The position numbers and the translations under genes were made by a program. A stretch of DNA of 64,000 bases from Eledone cirrhosa (taxonomy: Eukaryota), in assembly GCA_964016885.1 (NCBI GenBank), contig OZ024761.1, positions 31,124,001 through 31,188,000 of the forward strand, given 5' to 3'. Under the pieces are notes generated by a model. The model was not told the DNA's origin, searched no databases, and saw only the letters and a program-made list of their open reading frames with translations. Positions 54,111-64,000 of the stretch are shown here, piece by piece (position 1 is the stretch's first letter; every line of letters starts with the position of its first letter).

Positions 54111-54230
54111 TAAATAAATAAATACATAAATAAACAAACAAACAAACAAACAAATAAATAAATATATAAATAAATAAATATAAATAAACTAACTAAACAA
54201 AGTAGAATTAAAAATGCAAAGCAAACCTAC

Positions 54231-54757
54231 TTTTGTAGCTTAGATTTTTTCTTTCGATCAATCTTTCTAGATAGGAGTGTTTTGTGAGTTGTCTGTAGCT
54301 TAGGATTTCTATGGTACAATGACATTTTCCTGGTGTATCCAATGTTTGTTGTTGTTGTTGTTGTTGTTGTCGATGATGATAACGACGATGATGATGATGA
54401 CGACGATGATGTTGACGACGATGTTGTTGCTGTTGTTGCTGTTGTTGCTGTTGTTGCTGTTTCTAAAACACGAAAAGAATTGAAACTACTTCCGGTTGTT
54501 ATGACCCCATTAACAACAATGTCTTTTGCTTGACTGTTGCTGTAATGTTGATATTGTTGATTTTTGCTATTATTTCCTCTTCCTCCCCCTCTTCCTCCTC
54601 GACTTCCTTCTTCTCGTCCTTCTTCTCCAACGCCGCCATGTTGTGTCGTCTGATTATTATTGTCCAGTACATATTTCTGTGACACTGGCCCGCCAGCTAA
54701 TACACCTCTTGACACATAGGCTTCAGCTAATAGCAAGTCGTTGCGATGTTTTGCCAT
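54231..54757 (-). CDS. candidate first coding exon of a host gene (low-complexity N-terminus)
   Basis: ATG in a good context (GAT ATG G), ~175 open codons MAKHRNDLLLAEAY...RKIDRKKKSKLQ mixing unique and S/T/G tracts, ending at AA|gtaggt; upstream polypyrimidine tract and acceptor near 55088. No homology recognised. Confidence 0.4.
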
Positions 54758-55652
54758 ATCTTTTCTCAATACATATAGTTAAGCACTTGAGAAATCTACG
54801 TAGTTCTTGGTATATATATTTTTTGTCTTGTCTTGCACTTGCACAATGTTCGTTTCGTTTCTTCGTTCGTTTCACTTTTTGACGTCGCCTGACAGCTTCC
54901 CGTCCAATTCTACTACGTTGGCCACTAAAAACCCTTCAGGAATAGTTGTAGATATTATTAGCTGACAGATAACATAAAAGCTTCCGGAAAGAACCACAGT
55001 TGTGGCTTGTTGATGATATAATAATAATAGTAATTGTAATAATAGTAGAAATAATAATACATCATAAAAGTTTGTCTCTCGTCTGGTCTGATGATTAGCA
55101 GTTAACACACACAGAAAGGAAAGGAAAAAAAAAAAAGACAGGAGTCGGAGAAACAGTTAAGCAGAATGGGGACGGCTAGATAGGGGTTATACAGGGGCTA
55201 GAAAGGGGCTAAATATCCTAGCTTACCCAGTTTTCTGCAGAGAAAACAAACTGGTGACACATGTTGGAAAAGAAGGCCCCTTTGAATTGTGTAAACACAC
55301 ATTGTGATGTGAGTGGTGGAAAGTTTGAGATCTAAGTAAGTGGGTAATTGTGGCTAAGATATATAGAAAGAGAGAATGTATGTGCAACGAATGAACGTAT
55401 TAACATAGGTTTACGGCGTGAAATAATCGGTTGGCGACGTTACAGACTGCAGGTAATGAAGAGAGCAAAATAGCTGCAGTGATTTCTGAGACGGGATTGA
55501 ACAAATATGGTGGAGAAGGCGACGACGTAAGTCTAGATTGGAGTCAGTTGACAACGAAAGTTGCTTGCCGGTCGTTTGGGTTGAAGGGTGAAGGGGGAGG
55601 TGTGGAGGAGGTAGGAAAACATGATGACAAGAGCAAAGTATTTAGGACCACC

Positions 55653-55655
55653 GTG

Positions 55656-55686
<31 letters not shown>

Positions 55687-55690
55687 ATGC

Positions 55691-55726
<36 letters not shown>

Positions 55727-57111
55727 ATATATGTGTGTGTGTGTGTGTATGTGTGTGTGTGTGTGTGTATGTGTGTGTGTGTATATATGTGTGTGTGTGT
55801 ATGTGTGTATATATGTGTATATATGTGTGTGTGTGTATATATATGTGTATATATGTGTATATATATGTGTGTGTATATATGTATATATATATGTGTATAT
55901 ATATATGTGTGAGTGTATATATGTATATATATGTGTATATATATGTATTTATATGTGTGTGTGTATATATGTATATATATATGTATATATATGTGTGTGT
56001 GTGTGTGTATATAAGTATATATGTATATATATGTGTGTGTATATATGTGTATATATATGTGTATATATATGTATATATATATATATGTGTGTGTGTGTGA
56101 GAGAGAGAGTGTGTGTGTGTATATATGTGTATATATATGTGTGTGTATATATGTATATATATATGTGTATATATATATGTGTGTGTGTATATATGTATAT
56201 ATATGTGTATATATGTGTGTGTATATATGTATATATATATGTATTTATATGTGTGTGTGTATATATGTATATATATATGTATATATATGTGTGTGTGTGT
56301 GTATATATGTATATATGTATATATATGTGTGTGTGTGTATATATGTATATATATGTGTATATATATGTGTGTGTGTATATATGTGTATATATATGCGTAT
56401 ATATATGTATATATATATATATGTGTGTGTGTGTGAGAGAGAGAGAGTGTGTGTGTATGTCTGAAAAGAGAGAATAACGATGAAAGTAGAAAGAAAAATA
56501 TCGGAAAGGGAAGAAGAGAGTAATAGATAGAGAGAGAGAGAAAGAGAGATAGAGTGATAGAGAGAAATAGAGAGAGAAAGATATAGATAGATAGATACAG
56601 CGAGAGAGAAGAGAGAGAGATAAGGAGAGGGATAGAGAGGTAGATAGATAGATAGTGAGAAAGTGAAATAGAGAGAGATAGAGAGAGAAAGATATAGATA
56701 GATAGATAGAGAGAGAGAGAGGGGAGAGAGAGAAGGAGAGAATGAGAGAAGGAAAGGCATAGAGAGGTAGACAGAGAAAAAGAGAGAGAGAGAGAGAGAA
56801 AATAAAAACATAAGAGAGAGAGAGAGAACTTCGACGAGAATAGAAAGAGAAAGATATAGTTAGATAGATAGAGAGAGAGAGAGAGAAGAAAAGGGATAGA
56901 GAGGTAGACAGAGAAAGGGAGAGATACTAGAGAAAATATAAAACAAAAACAGAAGAGAGAGAGAGCCTTACCTTCTTCTTCACTAGAGAGGGAGAGAGAG
57001 AGAAGGAGAGAAGAAAAGGGATAGAGAGGTAGACAGAGAAAGGGAGAGATACTAGAGAAAATATAAAACAAAAACAGGAGAGAGAGAGACCTTACCGTCC
57101 TCTTCACTAGA

Positions 57112-57170
<59 letters not shown>
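55653..57170. repeat. (TA/TG)n array followed by (GA)n/(GATA)n array with a ~115-bp local duplication
   Basis: Direct reading; GGGATAGAGAGGTAGACAG...CTTCACTAGAGAGGG appears twice (~56893, ~57018). Confidence 0.9.
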
Positions 57171-57332
57171 CACAAGATAGAAATGAGGTGAAGAAAGAGT
57201 TACAAAATGGCGGAGAGAAAGTTTGTATATTTTTGTAGGGGAGAATACATTCTGTTACACATAGCTGACCAATTCTGTTAATGTGGGACTGTATTTGTTT
57301 GTCTTTCACCACCTATTGTCTAGGTTTAGGAG

Positions 57333-57561
57333 GTGTGTGTGTGTGTGTGTGTGTCGATCTGTGTGTGTGTGTGTGTGTGTATGTGTGTCTCGATCTATGT
57401 GTACGTATGTGTGTGTCTCGATCTGTGTGTGTGTATGTCTCGAGCTGTGTGTGTGTATGTGTGTGTCTCGAGCTGTGTGTGTGTATGTGTGTGTCTCGAT
57501 ATGTGTGTGTGTATGTGTGTGTATGTCTCGAGCTGTGTGTGTGTATGTGTGTGTCTCGATC

Positions 57562-57593
<32 letters not shown>

Positions 57594-57815
57594 TCTCAAT
57601 CTATGTGTACGTATGTGTGTGTCTTGATCTGTGTGTGTGTATGTCTCGAGCTGTGTGTGTGTATGTGTGTGTCTCGAGCTGTGTGTGTGTATGTGTGTGT
57701 CTCGATATGTGTGTGTGTCTCGATATGTGTGTGTGTATGTCTCGAGCTGTGTGTGTGTGTGTATGTGTGTCTCGATCTGTGTGTGTGTATGTATGTGTAT
57801 GTCTCGAGCTGTGTG
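57333..57815. repeat. (TG)n array punctuated by TCTCGA(T/G)CT
   Basis: Direct reading. Confidence 0.85.
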
Positions 57816-58208
57816 TATGTATGTATATGTTTTTGTGTAGGTATGTATGTGTTTGTGTATGTATGTATGTATATATTTTTGTGATGTATGTATATGCTTT
57901 TGTGTATGTATATATGTGTGTTAGTTAGAGTGAGTGTGTGTCTATGTGTGTCTTGAGACTGGTTGTGTGGATGCATGTATGTGTTAGTGTGAGAGGGTGT
58001 ATGTTTATTTTGTGTCTATGTATACATATATATATGTGTGTGTGTATGTGTGAGCCTGTATGTGAGTGTGTTAGTGTGTGTGTGGGTAAGGGTGTGTGTA
58101 TGTGTGTGTGCCTGTGTATATATATATGTGTGTGTGTATGTGTGAGCCTGTATGTGAGTGTGTTAGTGTGTGTGTGGGTAAGGGTGTGTGTATATGTGTG
58201 TGTCTGTG

Positions 58209-58241
<33 letters not shown>

Positions 58242-58503
58242 ATGTGTGTGTACGTATCTTTGAAGGAGTGTGCCTGTATGTATGTGTTAGTATGTGAGTA
58301 CGTCTATGTGTGTGATTGTATAATGTGTGTGTGTATGTGAGTGTTAGTGTATTTGAGTAAGGGTGTATGTATATGTGTGTCTGTATATATATATGTGTAC
58401 GTATCCATGTGCCTGTATGTGTGTGTTAGTGGATGTGTACGTATATGTGTGTTTGTGTATAAATATATATATTGTTATACTTGGGGAGAGTCATATTGTT
58501 GTA

Positions 58504-58690
58504 ATAATTGTTTCTACTTTAGGCACAAGGCCAGCAATTACCCAGTACATTACTGGTACTTTATTTTATCGACCTCTGTATGGATGAAAGGCAAAGTTAA
58601 CCTCGGCGGGATTTGAACTCAGATCGTAAAGGGACGTAACTATGCTGGAAAGCATATCCGACCCTCTACCGATACTGCCAATTCACCGAT
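58504..58690 (-). mobile_element. SINE family 1
   Basis: Reverse complement of head, B-box, core and tail. Confidence 0.9.
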
Positions 58691-58699
58691 TGCCAGAAT

Positions 58700-59560
58700 T
58701 AATAACAGAACACACTCTCTGTTTGGTTGGTTTTCGCTTCTGTATCTTTTATATCAGTTAAGTTATTCGGTCCTCAATGTTACCATTGCGTGACCAGCGG
58801 TCATTAATACAGATACAATATAGACACAAACACATGTATATAGACTAACAAAGTTCTTTCGTTGCACATCTGCAACATCATCAGTGGTGTTATTATGCTT
58901 CCTCCTGTTGTATTGTATGTCTACGCTATCTTTATTTAATCTGTTTATTTATTTATTTATTTTTGTCTTCTTCTCTGCGCATGCGTTTGCGTGTGTGTAT
59001 AGTGTTTGATGTGTGTTCGCGTTTGGGTGACTGTATTTTGGTTATTGTATTCTATCTTACTTTACTAGTGTGTGTTTATATGTGTTTGTTGTTATTTATT
59101 TATATTTCTCTTAGGTCAGTATTGTTTGTTTGGGTGTTGTTATTCCATTCATCTTTTCTGTTTAGCTTTGGCCTTCTAAGTTCTATTTCACTGGCCTCTC
59201 TGATTTGCCTATCTGCTGGGTCATTTCTATGTTTAGATATTATTCTAACTTCTATGTTGTCTATGTTACCGTCGTGTTGTTGTCTGGCATGTTCGTATAG
59301 TACTGAACCGTTTTTTCGTCCTTTTAGTTCCCCCCAGTGTTGGTCTATCCTTTCACCTATGCTACGAGCTGTCTCGCCTATGTATGTTGTTGTCATGTTT
59401 CTGCAAGTACCCTCTGTACATCTTATGCTATAGACTACGTTTCTAGTTTTAGAGTTTATCCGGGGGTTTACTTTACATATGATACATTTCCTATTAGTAC
59501 AGTGGGTTTACTTAAAAGGGTATGTTTTGCTGATCAGGGATTTTATGGTGGTTCCTGGCA
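58700..59560 (-). mobile_element. Penelope-like element 3' part of a different subfamily (Cys linker + GIY-YIG) with HHR at ~58846-58892
   Basis: HCTNRKCIIC..RNVVYSIRC..YIGETARSIGERIDQH..LYEH..H..RQIREA..LNRKDEWN; downstream CTGATGA-t-GTTGCA gatg TGCAAC-GAA-AG aa CT-T with an imperfect stem I. Confidence 0.85.
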
Positions 59561-59707
59561 CATATACATATATATATAATGTGTGTGTGTGTATGAGTGT
59601 GCCTGTATGTATATACGTGTGTTAGTATGTGTTTGTATATGTATAAATTTATATATATACTGTATCTATATATATAGTTATATATATGTGTGTATGTGCC
59701 TGTATGA

Positions 59708-59764
<57 letters not shown>

Positions 59765-59854
59765 TGTGTATGTGTGTGCCTGTATGTATATACGTGTGTT
59801 AGTGTGTGTTTGTATATGTATAAATTTATATATATATATATATATATATATACT

Positions 59855-60080
59855 TATTTCGTTTCTGAATTTGTTTTGCAAGATTCTTTATCTGAAAACG
59901 TGTGTTGCAGCCGATATTGTTATACTTTGGGAGGGTCATGTTGCCAATAAGAAACACACGCACCAACCGGAAATTTATAAAATTTTTAAATTTATAATTT
60001 AATTTATAATAAATTGGAGTGAAAGCAACCGCTGCGTGTGTTTCTTATTGGCAACATGACCCTCCCAAAGTATAACAACA
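59855..60080. mobile_element. family E fold-back element
   Basis: ~45-bp inverted arms; matches 4097-4472. Confidence 0.75.
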
Positions 60081-60318
60081 TATATACTTATATATATGTG
60101 TATGTGCCTGTATGAATGTGTGTGTGTGTGTGTGTGTGTGTGTGCTTGTGTATGTGTGAGCCTGTATGTATTATGTGTTAGTGTATGTGTTAGTGTGTGT
60201 GTATGTCCAATGTGTTTGTCAGTCCCTATGCCAGTATTGTCTTTAAGGAGTACAATGTGATAAAGTTGATAAGTCGTCTGGAAAATGATCTGAAATATTT
60301 CTTGTTATTCTTTTGCAG

Positions 60319-60428
60319 TCAATCAAAAAAATAAAATAAAAAAAGGGATTCACGTGAGATGTGAGGAAGAACCAGAGAATGAAACAAACTCTCAGACAGT
60401 CGAAATGACCAATCAAATCAACAGAAAG
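60319..60428 (+). CDS. candidate host exon (110 nt)
   Basis: Acceptor ttcttttgcag, donor AAG|gtaagg; one frame open (NQKNKIKKGIHVRCEEEPENETNSQTVEMTNQINRK). Confidence 0.35.
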
Positions 60429-60535
60429 GTAAGGAATTTATATATCATGTCTAGGTCATCTGGCGTGGGGTGTAGTGGGTGGTGTCATTAATAAAAGGGA
60501 TTTATGTGAGATGTGAGGGAGAACCATAAAGAATA

Positions 60536-60808
60536 ATAAAGGGCCGTAACTCTATGCTGCAAAGCATGGCCTCCGACCTTCTACCGATGCTGCCAACCCA
60601 CCACCTATAGATAATAATTGTTTCTACTTTTTTGGCACAAGGCCAGCAATTACCCCAGTGCATTACTGGTACTTTATTTTATCGACCCCGTAAGGATGAA
60701 AGGCAAAGTCAACCTCGGCGGGATTTGAACTCAGATCATAAAGGGAGGTAACTCTATGCTTCAAAGCATGGCGCCCGACTCTCTTCCGATACTGCCAATC
60801 CACCGCCT
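60536..60808 (-). mobile_element. SINE family 1, full copy plus tandem head fragment
   Basis: Reverse-complement match to the family. Confidence 0.9.
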
Positions 60809-61547
60809 AACGATAATAATAACAATAATAACAACAACAATAATAACAATAACAACAATAATGATAATAACGACGAGAGGTTAAGTAAATCTGTTGCAAA
60901 GAAGTCCGCCATTTTTTTTACAGAGGCTGCATTCTTCAAAGTTGATTACCTTTGCATTGTCAGTTGTCTGTTGTTGCTTTTTTTTTTATATTTTAATGTT
61001 ATCAAAGTTCTTTCTTCAAATATATTTTCTATAAAAAAAAAATAATAATAAACTCTACAATATTCAAACAAATATATACATTCTTACATAGAACCACGGA
61101 ACTGATTTAGGTATTATATATAAAAAAAAAAAGAAATATGTATATATATATATAGGAAAAAAAAATCGAAATTACCCACAATGTACGTTGTCTTATCGAT
61201 TTTACAATTATTCAATTATTCACATTTAATTTGTATTGTATTTTCTTCGAAATCTACATCGAAAACCCACCTCTACTCGCCTTACACACAGCTCTAGTTT
61301 CATTTTTTACATATACTCTTTGTTCTATCTCTTCACCCACGCATGCTCACTCTTACTTTAAGTTCATCTTTGTGTCCTCTTTACAACTATCCACCCACAC
61401 ATGCGCACTCATCTCAACATATTCAGCCATACAATCTTTGCAACACGTAACCATTCATACAAGGTTTCCTTCGCTTTGTTATCTTTATTGAGTATTTGAT
61501 CTATCATCTCTCTATCTATCTATCTATCTACCTATCTACCTACCTAC

Positions 61548-61619
<72 letters not shown>

Positions 61620-61691
61620 ATCTATCTGTCTGTGTCTCTACATTTATTCCTATATGTATCTATATATTTATCTATCCATCCATCCATCTAC

Positions 61692-61739
<48 letters not shown>

Positions 61740-61790
61740 TTATCTATCCATCTTCTCTATCTCTCTATATCTCTCTCTACCACTTCTCTA

Positions 61791-61837
<47 letters not shown>

Positions 61838-62107
61838 ACACTCACACACTCATAAATCCTAACAGTATAAAATGCCGCAGGAAGATGAATGAAAGTTCTC
61901 GACTGTTAACACCATCTTTGTATTGTTATAGTCTAAATGTTTTCACACAGTTTCCAATAAGATGAGCGTAATATTACAGAAGTTGATTGATACAGGGAAG
62001 GCGTGGGAGATCTTAAGGAGCCGCCGGAACAAATAGTGCTAGGCATTTGTCCGATGCTCTAACGATTCTGCCAGTCCCCGGCCCCTTGTATTGATACTAA
62101 ATATTAG

Positions 62108-62516
62108 AAATAATTGTTTCTACATTTGGCACAAGGCCAGCAATTATCCCAGTGCATTACTGGTACTTTATTTTATCGAACCCGTAAGGATGAAAGGCAA
62201 AGTTAACCTCGGCGGGATTTGAACTCAGACCGCAAAGGGCCGTAACTCTATGCTGGAAAACATGACGTCCGACCCTTCTACCGATACTGCCAATCCACCG
62301 CCTTTTTATTTAAACGTATTATTTATTTCATAAATATTTGATTCTACTTTTTACCCAAGGCCACCAATTATCCCAGTGCATTACTGGTACTTTATTTTAT
62401 CGAACCCGTAAGGAGGAAAGGCAAAGTTAACCTCGGCAGGATTTCAACTCAGACCGTAAAGGGACATAACTCTATGCTGGAAAGCACGGCGTCCAACCCT
62501 CTACCAATACTGCCAA
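62108..62516 (-). mobile_element. two tandem SINE family 1 copies
   Basis: Reverse-complement match to the family. Confidence 0.9.
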
Positions 62517-62523
62517 CTAATGT

Positions 62524-63330
62524 GAAGGCGTCTGGCTTAGTGGTTACAGAGTTGGATTCGCAATCGTGAGGCTGCGAGTTCGATTCTCGGGACCGAGTGA
62601 TGCGTTGTGTCCTTGAGCAAGACACTTTATTTCACGTTGCTCTTTCTTTCAGTAGATAGTATCTTGCGTCTGGGATCTTGTCGATCGTTTCCATCAAAGA
62701 TTAGAAATGATTAGAAATGATATCAGTATTTCTGACACGAAGACGCATGGCTTAGTGGTTAGAGCGTTGGGTTTGCAATCATGAGGTTGCGAGTTCAATT
62801 CTTAGGCCGGGTGATCCGTTGTGTCTTTGAGCAAGACACTTTATTTCACGTTGCTACAGTTTACTCAGCTGTAGAAATGAGTTGCGATGTCACTGGGGCC
62901 AGGCTGTATCAGCCATTGCCTTTCACTTTATTTCACGTTGCTCCTTCTACCTGGATTTCCAACCGGTAGATAATATCAGCAATGGAAAGACCAATAGAAA
63001 CATTGTTTCCTCGGTCCGATTTGACGAGGTCCACCCCACTCCTCAAGCGAATGAGGTCTGGGATCCTGTCGATCGCTTCCATCAAAGATTAAAATTGATA
63101 ATAACATTTCTGATGTGGAGGTGCATGGATTAGTGGTTAGAGCGTTGGGCTTGCAGTCGTAAGGTTGTCAGTTGAATTCCCGGACCGGATGTCCTTGGGC
63201 AAGACACTTTATTTCACATTGCTCCAGTTTACTCAGCTGTAGAGATGAGTTGCGATGTTACTGGTGCCAATCTGTATCGGCCATTGCCTTTCTCTTGGAC
63301 ACCATCGGTGACGTGGAGATGGGTGGACTG
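62524..63330 (+). mobile_element. three tandem SINE family 2 copies
   Basis: TGG(C/A)TTAGTGGTTA heads at ~62533, ~62748, ~63127, each followed by CTT(G/T)..CAAGACACTTTATTTCAC. Confidence 0.9.
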
Positions 63331-63569
63331 GTTTTCATGGTCATTTTTATTGACAGATATAAAGTCGTTTAGAAATGGTAATCTTGTTTGGCCAACAATA
63401 TTTTATAATGAAATGAAAAACATTTACTGTACTTGGAGTAAAAGAGATTCACAATTTCGAGAAATGGAACACACACACACGTGTGTGTATGTATGTATGT
63501 ATGTATGTATGTATGTATGTATGTATGTATGTATGTATGTATGTATGTATGTATGTATGTATGAGAGAT

Positions 63570-63972
63570 GACCCCTTAGCCTTTGTCAAGGTAGAATTCT
63601 AGGAGAAGGAAAACTCTGATATAACACCTGCAACCCTGATAGTATCCAATGATGTTGACTTGTTCTTCTTTTTGGTAAATATCATCTTGGTTAAGAGAGT
63701 GGGACCTGCTTTGTGCAGTGCCTTTGCTCACTATAAAAGCTTCACGGCACAGGCATTGCTTTATATCTGGAGATCTCTCTGCACTTGTCGTCACATGGTA
63801 CCATGGATCCAGCACTATGTGTCAATAATTGTCACAAGTGTAGTGTCTGTACCAGAGTTTTCAAGTCGCTGGCTGGACTAAAAAGTCACACTCGTTCAGC
63901 GCATTGGTAGGGGTTCTCCTACATGGATATAAAGTAGTGGCCGTACTCGAAAACGAGTTGGCAGCCACCATG
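63570..63972 (+). mobile_element. internally deleted RTE-type derivative (5' UTR-like part joined to a C2H2 3' end)
   Basis: 63833-63910 encodes HKCSVCTRVFKSLAGLKSHTRSAHW*; 3' hairpin ACTCG aaaa CGAGT; (TATG)n on both sides. Confidence 0.7.
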
Positions 63973-64000
63973 TATGTATGTATGTATGTATGTATGTATG

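Noticed and set aside
62533-62592. tRNA-like sequences with A and B boxes
   Set aside because: SINE heads continuing into core and tail domains; no intact cloverleaf.

Overview
AT-rich, microsatellite-saturated animal DNA. The tRNA-SINE families and the (TA)n/(CA)n/(GATA)n/(CATA)n load resemble octopus/cephalopod genomes (recognition from memory, not verified). Most ORFs in the track are translated microsatellites. Real coding content is retrotransposon-derived: a near full-length RTE LINE (-, ~4973-8222) plus a 3' copy, a 5'-truncated L1/Tx1 LINE (+, ~16671-19610) with four more 3'-end copies, a near full-length R4/Dong-type RLE element (-, ~30955-35190), CRE-like RLE fragments and three Penelope-like (GIY-YIG) fragments. 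There are also two SINE families, a hAT MITE and a Helitron end. No host gene is established; a few candidate exons and regulatory motifs are flagged. The most interesting signal is non-coding. More than a dozen type I hammerhead ribozyme (HHR) motifs from about ten sequence families occur either at the 3' end of Penelope fragments or in tiny (TA)n-embedded cassettes, which are often fold-back palindromes hinged inside the ribozyme. Several unrelated families share a second, covarying UU-bulged hairpin just 3' of the HHR cleavage site. All structures were paired by eye; element boundaries are approximate.
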